The translations under genes were made by a program, and so were the position numbers. 64,000 nucleotides of DNA, taken from the IMG/VR virus record IMGVR_UViG_3300030090_007211, positions 1 to 64,000 of that record; one strand, given 5' to 3'. The notes under the pieces are model-generated. The model was not told where the DNA came from, did not search any database, and saw only the letters and a program-made list of their open reading frames with translations. Positions 39,328-48,039 of this stretch are shown piece after piece. Positions within the stretch are counted from its first letter, which is position 1. The number at the start of each line of letters is the position of its first letter. This DNA comes from a virus.

Positions 39328-40964
39328 TATTTATACATTCCGTTTCTTTTAATTGTAGGTTTTTTTCTTTCCTTTAATGCTTTAGGTTTTGGGTTAACAC
39401 TAGGTCTAGGAATTTTTTTCCATCTTGGTTTTTTAGGTTTTGTACCTGGACGAGTAGTTGGTTCTTTTATTCCTGGTTCTTTGACGGGTGCATTACCAAA
39501 CAAAGATTCAAAGTCAATTTCAATGTAATCATTACTTGCGAAAGTATCTTGATCCACTTCACCATCCCCATCATTATCCATATCTAATCTATTAGGTATA
39601 TCATCACCATCTCTATCTAAATCTCCAGTTGCTGCTAAAAAGTCTTGCCCTGTGGCGATAGCATCTACTACATTCATCTCTTGTTCCCCAAATGGTTGAG
39701 GTGCGAATCCTACATCATCACCTGCTTCTAAAGCGGTAGTATTGGTAATATTTAAATCTTCATCTAAAGATGCCCATTCTTCATGTTCTCCATGATCTCC
39801 ATGGTCTTCACACGATTTACATCCTTTACCTAAACATTCCTCACAAATAGTGTGTTTTTCGGTTAAAACTTTTTTTAAGGCTAAATTAGCGTTTTTTTTT
39901 AAAAAAGATTCCATTAATTGTTTTTTTGAAAAAGTGCGAGATTCATTTTTTTCTTCTTTCTCCTCAACTTCTTCATCTTGTTTAAGATCTTTTATTTCTT
40001 TTTTTAAATCAATAACTGCATCTTCATGTTGTTTAAGTGCAGTTTCTAAAGTTTTAATAGATTTTTCTTCTGCTTTTTCTTCTGATTCTGCCAATTCTTC
40101 TTCTCCCTCTACTTCTTCTTCTTCATCAAAATCCACTTCTACAGTTTCTTCGTCATCACCTGCTAAGGCATCATCTTCTTCGTCTTCACCTTCAATTTTA
40201 GCGATAATGTCTTCCACATCTTCATCAGGAATCTCTTCCCAATCAATTGCCGCTACAATAGAATTGATTACATATTTATCTAACTCTGCATCTGGCTCAT
40301 CTTTGTCTCTTAACATTTGTGCTACCTTACCAGTTAGTTTTTGTATTTTCTTAGTATAAGAATCTCCTTCATCCTCATCTTCAGCATCTACTTCAATCTC
40401 CTCATCTTCTCCTTCAAATTCAACATCTGCCATATCACCACCCATATCTACTTCAACTTCATCTTCAACAGGTGCTTCAGCGGCTGGTGCATCTACTTTA
40501 ATTACTTTTTTTTGATCTTCAATAACTTCAGGTTCTTTTACTTCTTCTTCCGGTAATACAAATCCAAATCCTGCACCACCACTAAAAGCAACACCATCAG
40601 TCTCAAATAAGTTAGTGTTTTTTTCAACACCAAATGATTCATTTAACATATCAAATTTTAAATTCAAATGTTTAAGTGCGTCAGCATAAGATTTATATTT
40701 TTCACTACTTTTATTTTGTAAACCACCTACATAGTTAAAATCTTCTGCGATAAATTCACCAGAAGTTTTTTCAGAAGTTTTAATAAAGTAATCTCTATTT
40801 TCTCTAACTATACCATAAACTACGCCATTTGCGCCCTTTTTAATTAATTCTACCTCTGAAGTTGAATCACTTTCGTTAATGGTATTCATTTTACCCATAA
40901 GGTCTTTAATTCTATTCAGTTTGTCTTGACCTTTGATTTTTTTCGGATTAGTTAAATTTCTCAT
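39327..40964 (-). CDS. very acidic putative head core protein with Ca-binding-like DxDxDG motifs
   Basis: E/D-rich; DLDRDGDDIPNRLDMDNDGDG; Pro/Lys-rich tail; many [ILV]xE-S sites. Confidence 0.7.
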   Translation of the reverse strand: MRNLTNPKKIKGQDKLNRIKDLMGKMNTINESDSTSEVELIKKGANGVVYGIVRENRDYFIKTSEKTSGEFIAEDFNYVGGLQNKSSEKYKSYADALKHLNLKFDMLNESFGVEKNTNLFETDGVAFSGGAGFGFVLPEEEVKEPEVIEDQKKVIKVDAPAAEAPVEDEVEVDMGGDMADVEFEGEDEEIEVDAEDEDEGDSYTKKIQKLTGKVAQMLRDKDEPDAELDKYVINSIVAAIDWEEIPDEDVEDIIAKIEGEDEEDDALAGDDEETVEVDFDEEEEVEGEEELAESEEKAEEKSIKTLETALKQHEDAVIDLKKEIKDLKQDEEVEEKEEKNESRTFSKKQLMESFLKKNANLALKKVLTEKHTICEECLGKGCKSCEDHGDHGEHEEWASLDEDLNITNTTALEAGDDVGFAPQPFGEQEMNVVDAIATGQDFLAATGDLDRDGDDIPNRLDMDNDGDGEVDQDTFASNDYIEIDFESLFGNAPVKEPGIKEPTTRPGTKPKKPRWKKIPRPSVNPKPKALKERKKPTIKRNGMYK

Positions 40965-40991
40965 TTTAATATCTTTTATAATTTTTATTTA

Positions 40992-41348
40992 TTATGACCT
41001 TTGAAACTTACCTGATTTAATATTTTGAAATTGGTAAGTGATATCAGTATTATCTACATTTGCGGAAACCGCTCCTGAATAAGTGTCACCACTTGTACAT
41101 ACACCTACTGGTTTAGGGTTACCGAGTAACATTAAATCAGTGCTAGGTGTGGTAGTATCACCACAAATAACTAAAGGTATAACTTGACCATCCCATTCAT
41201 TAGGTGGACTAAAAGTATTACCATTAATAGTGAAAGGAGCACCCGCATTATCAATTATTACATAAGCACCATAGATAAATTGATCAAAATTTGCATCTGT
41301 GCTTACATGCATCACAGTGAATGTACCTTGGATTGCTGGATTTGGCAT
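40992..41348 (-). CDS. small putative structural protein
   Basis: Beta-rich T/G/N composition; late motif 41384-41390. Confidence 0.65.
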   Translation of the reverse strand: MPNPAIQGTFTVMHVSTDANFDQFIYGAYVIIDNAGAPFTINGNTFSPPNEWDGQVIPLVICGDTTTPSTDLMLLGNPKPVGVCTSGDTYSGAVSANVDNTDITYQFQNIKSGKFQRS

Positions 41349-41427
41349 AATAAATTATTTTTCTTTTATCTTATTATTTATTAATAAATATTACATTTTA
41401 CATAAAAAAACTAAAATACTATATATT

Positions 41428-42219
41428 TTAATTCTTTAAAAATCTAATAGATTCATCAAGGGTTAAAGATTTATCATAAGCTAAAGTTTCTAACTCACTT
41501 AACTTATCAAGGAATTCCATTCTTCGTAATACTTTAAATGCAATATTTTCAAAAGAATATTCCCCCTCTCTATCTAAACCTGCTTGTCTCATTTTTTTAA
41601 TTTTTTCTTTTAAAGTTTTAATAGATCTTATAACTTTATCGTATTCCGCCGTTTTATATAGTTTAAATGAATGTTTTATACTATCAACTAAAGAGTTCAC
41701 TTTTTGAGTTACTTTCTTTTCATCTATTTTTTTACTACCTTTTTCTGGTTTTACAACCCATCCATCCCACAATACTGAATAAACACCACTAGAAACATGT
41801 GGTTCGGTAGTATCTTGTACATATAATTCTACATCATAACCTTTTATGGTAATATTATGTTTTTCATTCCATAAATTCTTTTTTGAGTTAAAGTATTCTC
41901 TAACTAAATCTACATTTTCATCTACATCCTCAAACTTTAGTAAAATATGTAAATCTACATCTGAAAATCTAGACCAATTATAATTTGCTAAACTCCCCGT
42001 TAGAATAATATCATCAATATCAACCCACCCTATATCTAAAGTCTCAAAGAAATCGTCTGCAATCATTAACATTCTAGTTCTCACATCTCCATACATATGT
42101 TGTTCCGAATCAAAAATTTTAGGGTTTAATGTATTTCGTATTTTAAATGAAGAAAGATCAATTTCTTCTTTTTCTATAATATCATTAACATCTTGTTCTT
42201 TTAGTCTATTAATTTTCAT
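41428..42219 (-). CDS. Pol-beta superfamily nucleotidyltransferase with N-terminal leader
   Basis: IILTGSLANYNW...SDVDLHI and VELYVQD acidic triad; late motif 42233-42239. Confidence 0.85.
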   Translation of the reverse strand: MKINRLKEQDVNDIIEKEEIDLSSFKIRNTLNPKIFDSEQHMYGDVRTRMLMIADDFFETLDIGWVDIDDIILTGSLANYNWSRFSDVDLHILLKFEDVDENVDLVREYFNSKKNLWNEKHNITIKGYDVELYVQDTTEPHVSSGVYSVLWDGWVVKPEKGSKKIDEKKVTQKVNSLVDSIKHSFKLYKTAEYDKVIRSIKTLKEKIKKMRQAGLDREGEYSFENIAFKVLRRMEFLDKLSELETLAYDKSLTLDESIRFLKN

Positions 42220-42256
42220 AAGTATTTTTATAATAAATACTTAAGTAATTGATAAA

Positions 42257-43219
42257 TTAAACAGCAATAGGTACATTTTTCCAATTAGGGTAAGATTCGT
42301 AATGTAAAATTTCGAAATCACTAAATTTATAATTGAAAATATTAAGTGGTTTTTTAAGTTTTAATGTAGGTGCAGATAATTTAGTACCTCTTCTACGTTG
42401 TTCTTCTACATAGGGTAAATGATTATCATAAATATGTGTATCCCCAAAACTACCTATAAGTTCATAAGGTACCATATTAACTTGTTGTGCGATCATATGT
42501 AATAATAAAGCATAGGATGCAACATTAAAAGGTAAACCTAAAAAGGTATCTACTGATCTTTGATTCCACATTAGAGTAATTTTCCTCGTAGGCACTCTTA
42601 ATGCATTTAATTTATTTGGTGTTAAATCAGTAACGTGATGAGATAAAGGGTGTGTTTCTAAATAATAATTTAATCTTTCAGTAAAAGTTAATTCTTGAGT
42701 ATAAACTTGAAACCCATAATGACAAGGAGGTAGTTTCATTAATTCTATTTCCCCTGCATTCCATGCAGATACCATCATTCTTCTACTATCAGGATTAGAA
42801 TGTAAAGTATCTATTAAAATTTGTATTTGATTTACACTATTAATTGATATTTCTTTAGAGAGTCCTTTATTTACATATAAAACTTTTTTAGTAATAGGTG
42901 TTGACCAATTAACCCATTGTTTACCATAGACAGGTCCTAACTCACCATTATCATCTGCCCATTCATTCCATATACTTACACCGTTATCTTGGAGATACTT
43001 AACATTTGTTTCTCCATTGAGGAACCATAATAATTCATGGATAATGGACTTGGTGTGTAATTTTTTTGTTGTAAGTAAGGGGAACCCATCTTCCATTTTA
43101 AATCGTATCTGTTTTCCGAATACTGAAGTTGTTCCCGTTCCTGTCCTATCTTTTTTATGGATACCCTCCTCCAAAATTTCTTTAAGTAATTGATTATATG
43201 TTTCATCTGCCTTCGCCAT
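42257..43219 (-). CDS. thyA: thymidylate synthase
   Basis: DRTGTGT, FPLLTTKK, ELLWFL, LPPCH, QRSVDTFLGLPFN, HIYDNH. Confidence 0.98.
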   Translation of the reverse strand: MAKADETYNQLLKEILEEGIHKKDRTGTGTTSVFGKQIRFKMEDGFPLLTTKKLHTKSIIHELLWFLNGETNVKYLQDNGVSIWNEWADDNGELGPVYGKQWVNWSTPITKKVLYVNKGLSKEISINSVNQIQILIDTLHSNPDSRRMMVSAWNAGEIELMKLPPCHYGFQVYTQELTFTERLNYYLETHPLSHHVTDLTPNKLNALRVPTRKITLMWNQRSVDTFLGLPFNVASYALLLHMIAQQVNMVPYELIGSFGDTHIYDNHLPYVEEQRRRGTKLSAPTLKLKKPLNIFNYKFSDFEILHYESYPNWKNVPIAV

Positions 43220-43220
43220 T

Positions 43221-43388
43221 TTATATACCCATTGATCCTACACTGTTTATAATATTATATTCTAATTTATCAATTATTTTCGATAAAAGATCTAGTTCCT
43301 CATACATTTGGTGTTCCGACAATAAAATTTCCAATGCATCTTGTAACTCATATAATTGAGATAATAATTTTTGATCAGCACTTACCAT
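43221..43388 (-). CDS. 55-aa hypothetical protein (MVSADQKLLSQL...), not in ORF track
   Basis: Exactly fills the gap between the KTSC gene and thyA. Confidence 0.65.
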   Translation of the reverse strand: MVSADQKLLSQLYELQDALEILLSEHQMYEELDLLSKIIDKLEYNIINSVGSMGI

Positions 43389-43684
43389 TATTTATTATTT
43401 TTTATTAATTGTATTTGTTCAATAATAGGTGTAGTGTCTACCATACCTTCTATTTTATCCGTTTTATAATTTTTAATATGAGAATTTAATACTTTACCTT
43501 GACTTTCTGCTTTCTCAAAAACATCATAATCATTTCTTTTAACGTCATGATAAAGATATTGCCTTCCCCCTTTAAAAATAATTGCTAATTTTTGACTAAT
43601 AGTATTATAACGAGAAGCTAGTATATTACTAGATTCGTAAATACTTTCTATTGATTCTTTGTCGATGTGTCTATTTAGTAACAT
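43388..43684 (-). CDS. KTSC domain protein
   Basis: SSNI...YN.....L.I.F..G..Y.Y..V....Y..F..AESQGK..N..IK. Confidence 0.88.
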   Translation of the reverse strand: MLLNRHIDKESIESIYESSNILASRYNTISQKLAIIFKGGRQYLYHDVKRNDYDVFEKAESQGKVLNSHIKNYKTDKIEGMVDTTPIIEQIQLIKNNK

Positions 43685-43687
43685 AAT

Positions 43688-43936
43688 TTAATCGTTGAAT
43701 AATTTATAACTATCTACATTATTTAATTGGTAAACTTTACCCATTACTGATGGGGGTTGATCAATAACATTAGAGCGATGATCTTCTGTGATAACCACAT
43801 AATTACCAGTAATCATCATACCACAATCTTCGTGTTCAATTCTAATAGTAGAAGGAAAAGTAGAAGAATTTTTCTCCCACCCCTCTTCTTTTAAAATTAA
43901 AACAATTTTCTTAAATTTTGGTGCGGTATGCGTCAT
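43688..43936 (-). CDS. hypothetical protein
   Basis: ORF; TTTG-N19-TATATTTA upstream (43944-43974). Confidence 0.7.
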   Translation of the reverse strand: MTHTAPKFKKIVLILKEEGWEKNSSTFPSTIRIEHEDCGMMITGNYVVITEDHRSNVIDQPPSVMGKVYQLNNVDSYKLFND

Positions 43937-43985
43937 AACATTGTAAATATAAGTTTTTTTTCTGAAAAATCAAAATAAATTGCAT

Positions 43986-44018
43986 AAAAAAACCACATTC
44001 GATTAAAAATGTGGTTTT
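43986..44018 (-). terminator. intrinsic terminator after hsp20
   Basis: AAAACCACATT-N8-AATGTGGTTTT with U tract. Confidence 0.85.
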
Positions 44019-44039
44019 ACATATAATAGTTTAAGTAGA

Positions 44040-44501
44040 TTATGAAATCTCTATCTTTCTATTTTCTTTTTTATTTTTAGTTGGAGTTAATTTTGGTAAA
44101 AACAAAGTAGTGATACCGTTTTCCACTTTTGCATGAATTTCATCTGCCACTACATTTTCAGGTAATGGGAATGTACGATAAAATTTTGAAGAATGGAATT
44201 CTTTAGAGATGTATTCTCCGTTATCTTTGTGTTCAATCACTCTTTCCCCTTTAACTGTTAACATATTATTTTCTAATTCTACTGATAATTCTTTTTTAGT
44301 AAAACCAGGAGTGGCTAATTCATATTTATAAGACCACTCATCTTCAAATACATTAGTAGTAGGTAAATTTTGAGAATAATCTCTTTTAGTTACCGGTACT
44401 TTGTTATTTAATCCCCTTACAAATGGGTAGGTGGTTGAATTACTCCAAAAGAAATCCTCATTTAGGAAGTCTCTTAAAAAATCATTAAAATTGTTTTTCA
44501 T
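44040..44501 (-). CDS. small heat-shock protein (Hsp20/alpha-crystallin)
   Basis: P.TNV.E, ELATPG..K, LTVKGE, F.RTF.LPE, I.A..ENG...L.LPK. Confidence 0.95.
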   Translation of the reverse strand: MKNNFNDFLRDFLNEDFFWSNSTTYPFVRGLNNKVPVTKRDYSQNLPTTNVFEDEWSYKYELATPGFTKKELSVELENNMLTVKGERVIEHKDNGEYISKEFHSSKFYRTFPLPENVVADEIHAKVENGITTLFLPKLTPTKNKKENRKIEIS

Positions 44502-44545
44502 TTTTAATTTTTTTATTAATATTATTATTATTTGATTTTTAATTA

Positions 44546-44586
44546 ATCAAAATAAATGCCAGTAGGTTTTCTGTGACATTATGTCA
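44546..44586 (-). promoter_or_regulatory. sigma54-like -24/-12 element plus TGACA-N3-TGTCA palindrome upstream of hsp20
   Basis: - strand CTGGCATTTATTTTGAT at 44546-44562; palindrome at 44574-44586. Confidence 0.5.
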
Positions 44587-45510
44587 TTAAGGATTGTTAA
44601 TATGTCTTCCTTTTACTTTGTAATAGTTAACATCTATTTCATATTCCTCTAATTTATTTTTAGGAATATAACATTCTCCTGTTGAAAGTAAATGTTGGAT
44701 TCTTTTCTCCCCAAACTTAATATTAAACTCTACTAAATCAATACCAATAAATTTTCTATTGTGTTTAAGTGATGCAACTCCGGTGGTGGAGGATCCAGCA
44801 AATGGATCTAATATAGTGTCTCCTTCATCACTACCTATTTTAACAAACCATTCTGCCAATTCCACATGGAAAGGTGCTGGGTGTAAAACACTAGGATTGG
44901 ATTCTGCAGCAGTTATTACTACATTATGGGGTAATGCCCCTTTTTCATTTAAAGTAACGGTGGCGTGTTCGTATACCCCATCTCTAGAACCAATTGTTGG
45001 AACCGGTTTTTTCATTCTACGTTTAGTAACTTCGGAATGTGGTACTCTACAATTATCTGCCCTAAATTTAGGTTTATTAGTAGGAGAAAAATGAAATACA
45101 TATTCATATCTATCAATAGCCCTATATTTACAATTAGTCGGCATCGATTGTTTTTTATACCATATATAAGGTTTAGCCACTAATTTCCATCCTTGAAGTC
45201 TCATCTTATATTTTAATTCATCAAGAACTGGGTGAACAACCCCATTATCAATCTTATCATTTATATTAAGAAAGAAACTACCATCTGGTTGAAGAACCTT
45301 TAAAAATTTTTCAGTAAATTCTAAAAACCAATCAACGTACTCATCCACATGAATTGATCCTACTTCCCCATCACTATTACCACTATAATTTTTTCTCATA
45401 GCATAATAGGGAGGAGAGGTAAATATCATATCTACTTTTTCTTTTTTCTCAATCATTGAGTCTAGCACGTTTTTTGTATTACCTAAGTGTAATTTATATT
45501 TACTTTCCAT
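44587..45510 (-). CDS. beta-class amino DNA methyltransferase (N4-mC-type)
   Basis: TSPPY before HPAPF...LDPFAGSSTT; start revised to MESKYKL. Confidence 0.92.
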   Translation of the reverse strand: MESKYKLHLGNTKNVLDSMIEKKEKVDMIFTSPPYYAMRKNYSGNSDGEVGSIHVDEYVDWFLEFTEKFLKVLQPDGSFFLNINDKIDNGVVHPVLDELKYKMRLQGWKLVAKPYIWYKKQSMPTNCKYRAIDRYEYVFHFSPTNKPKFRADNCRVPHSEVTKRRMKKPVPTIGSRDGVYEHATVTLNEKGALPHNVVITAAESNPSVLHPAPFHVELAEWFVKIGSDEGDTILDPFAGSSTTGVASLKHNRKFIGIDLVEFNIKFGEKRIQHLLSTGECYIPKNKLEEYEIDVNYYKVKGRHINNP

Positions 45511-45531
45511 AGTTTCTTTCTTATATGTTAA

Positions 45532-45563
45532 CAAAGGTAATGATATTTATTTAAAAAAACAAA
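45532..45563 (-). promoter_or_regulatory. Bacteroidetes-type promoter TTTG-N20-TACCTTTG for the methyltransferase
   Basis: Exact consensus match; overlaps the + strand late motif at 45544-45550. Confidence 0.7.
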
Positions 45564-45569
45564 TTGGCA

Positions 45570-48035
45570 ATGAAAAAAGTACAACCAAAAGTTAAGAAAA
45601 TAATTAACAAATCAATTGATGAAGCAAAATTATATAATGATACTGAAATAAAAGTAGAACATGTGGTGACTGCCTTGATTAATGATTATGATAATGAAGC
45701 AGTGAAATTTTTAGTGGAATTAGACGTTGATGTGGATGATTTACACAAAAAAGTTGAAAAATATTTGGTTAATTCAGAAAATGATACTATATTTAACAAA
45801 TCTTTAGTGCCGATGTCTGAATATACTAAAAAGATAATAAAAGACTCGGAATATGAGTGTGATAAATTAAAAGAAGATTTCTTAGATACTCCCCATATTA
45901 TGCTATCGATTTTAAAAGAAAAAAATAATATTTCAAAAATATTAAATAAAATGGGTGTAGATTATGAAAATTATAGTAGTATGGTTAAAAAACATTTAAT
46001 AGAAGGAAGTTTTGATTCCTTAGATGATGATTCAGGAGAATTGTTTAATAGACCTTCTAGAAGGAAAAATAAGAATAGTAGTACACCAATATTAGATAAC
46101 TTTTCTATAGATGTTACTAAACGAGCATCAGAAGGGAAGATTGATCCTGTTATTGGTAGAGACGATGTTATTCAAAGAGTCGCACAAATACTTTCAAGGA
46201 AAAAGAAAAACAATCCAGTTTTAATTGGTGATCCGGGTGTAGGTAAAACTACGGTAGTGGAAGGGTTAGCACTTAAAATAAATGAAGGTGATGCACCACG
46301 AACATTATTAGATAAAAGAATAGTATCTTTAGATTTGACTGCAATGGTAGCAGGTACTAAATATAGAGGTCAGTTTGAGGAAAGAATTAAAGGGGTAGTA
46401 GATGAATTAATGGAAAATGATAATATTATTCTATTCATCGATGAATTACATACTTTAGTCGGTGCAGGAAATGCTAGTGGAGCAATGGATGCTGCCAATG
46501 TTTTTAAACCGGCACTTTCTAGGGGAGATATACAAATTATAGGTGCAACAACTTTAGACGAATTTAGAGAAAACATAGAAAAGGATGGTGCATTAACTAG
46601 AAGATTTCAACAAGTGGTTATTGAGCCACCTTCTATAGAAGAAACTATAGAGATATTAAATAAAATAAAAGGGTCTTATGAATCTTTCCATAAAGTCACA
46701 TATCCGCAAGATACTATTGAACAATGTGTTAAGTTATCAGATAGATATGTTACCGATAGAGAATTTCCGGATAAAGCCATAGATATTATGGATGAAGTAG
46801 GGGCTAGATCACAAGTTAATGCTAAACCACCTGACGTTATTACTGAATTGGAACAAGAAATTGTTAAAATAAAAGATGATAAAAATAAGGTAGTTAAAAG
46901 TCAAAAATATGAAGAGGCAGCTAAACTTAGAGATAAGGAAAGAAAAGTTACTGAAAAATTAGAAACCGAAAAAGATAACTGGAAAAAGAAATTAAATAAG
47001 AAAAGAACATTAATTACTCCGGAGGATGTTAGTGAAGTAGTCGCCACAATGACTGGGATACCTTTAAAACGACTTTCTAGTGATGAAGGTAAAAGATTAT
47101 TGGATATGGAATCTGAGATGAAGGGAAGTGTTATTGGACAGGATGATGCAGTAATAAAAATTGCTAAGTCATTAAGAAGAAATAGAGTAGGTATTAGAAA
47201 CCCTAAAAAACCTATAGGTACTTTTATGTTTTTAGGTCCAACAGGGACAGGAAAAACTCACTTAGCTAAAAGACTAGCACAATATATGTTTGGTAATGAG
47301 GATTCTTTAATAAGAATTGATATGTCAGAATACCAAGAAAAACATGCAGTTTCTAGAATGATTGGTGCACCTCCAGGATATGTTGGGCATGAAGAAGGTG
47401 GTCAATTAACAGAAAAAGTAAGAAGAAAACCATATTCAATCATTTTGTTTGATGAAATTGAGAAAGCCAATAAAGATGTATATAATATCTTACTACAACT
47501 TTTAGATGATGGTCAATTAACTGATAGTTTAGGTAGAAAAGTAAACTTCAAAAATTGTATTGTAATTATGACTTCTAATATTGGAGTTAAGAGATTACAA
47601 GAATTTGGTACTGGTGTAGGTTTTAGCACTAAATCTTTAAGTGCTAGTAAAGATGCGAAGAAAAGTGAATTTCTAAGTAAAGAACTTAAAAAACATTTCC
47701 CACCTGAATTTTTAAATAGATTAGACGATGTGGTAATATTTAATTCTCTTAAAGAAACTGAAATCAAATCAATTGTAGAGTTAGAACTTAAGAAATTAAC
47801 TGATAGAGTTAAAGAATTAGGATATACTGTAAAAGTTATGAAATCTATTAAAGACTTTTTGGCGGATGCAGGATATGATGAAGAATATGGTGCTAGACCT
47901 TTAAATAGGGCTATTCAGAAATTCATTGAAGATCCTATATCTGAAGAAATTCTTAAAGGAAATGTTAAAGAAGGTCAAATAATTGCAGTATCTTATAGTA
48001 AAGTTAAGGAAAAAGTAGAAATTAAATTATTATAA
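45570..48035 (+). CDS. clpC: ClpC-type AAA+ chaperone
   Basis: Clp N repeats, GDPGVGKT, FIDELH, short UVR-type middle domain (YEEAAKLRD), GPTGTGKT, GARPL. Confidence 0.93.
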   Translation: MKKVQPKVKKIINKSIDEAKLYNDTEIKVEHVVTALINDYDNEAVKFLVELDVDVDDLHKKVEKYLVNSENDTIFNKSLVPMSEYTKKIIKDSEYECDKLKEDFLDTPHIMLSILKEKNNISKILNKMGVDYENYSSMVKKHLIEGSFDSLDDDSGELFNRPSRRKNKNSSTPILDNFSIDVTKRASEGKIDPVIGRDDVIQRVAQILSRKKKNNPVLIGDPGVGKTTVVEGLALKINEGDAPRTLLDKRIVSLDLTAMVAGTKYRGQFEERIKGVVDELMENDNIILFIDELHTLVGAGNASGAMDAANVFKPALSRGDIQIIGATTLDEFRENIEKDGALTRRFQQVVIEPPSIEETIEILNKIKGSYESFHKVTYPQDTIEQCVKLSDRYVTDREFPDKAIDIMDEVGARSQVNAKPPDVITELEQEIVKIKDDKNKVVKSQKYEEAAKLRDKERKVTEKLETEKDNWKKKLNKKRTLITPEDVSEVVATMTGIPLKRLSSDEGKRLLDMESEMKGSVIGQDDAVIKIAKSLRRNRVGIRNPKKPIGTFMFLGPTGTGKTHLAKRLAQYMFGNEDSLIRIDMSEYQEKHAVSRMIGAPPGYVGHEEGGQLTEKVRRKPYSIILFDEIEKANKDVYNILLQLLDDGQLTDSLGRKVNFKNCIVIMTSNIGVKRLQEFGTGVGFSTKSLSASKDAKKSEFLSKELKKHFPPEFLNRLDDVVIFNSLKETEIKSIVELELKKLTDRVKELGYTVKVMKSIKDFLADAGYDEEYGARPLNRAIQKFIEDPISEEILKGNVKEGQIIAVSYSKVKEKVEIKLL

Positions 48036-48039
48036 TAAC

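Noticed and set aside
44587-45510. Restriction-modification system
   Set aside because: No adjacent restriction endonuclease; appears to be an orphan methyltransferase.
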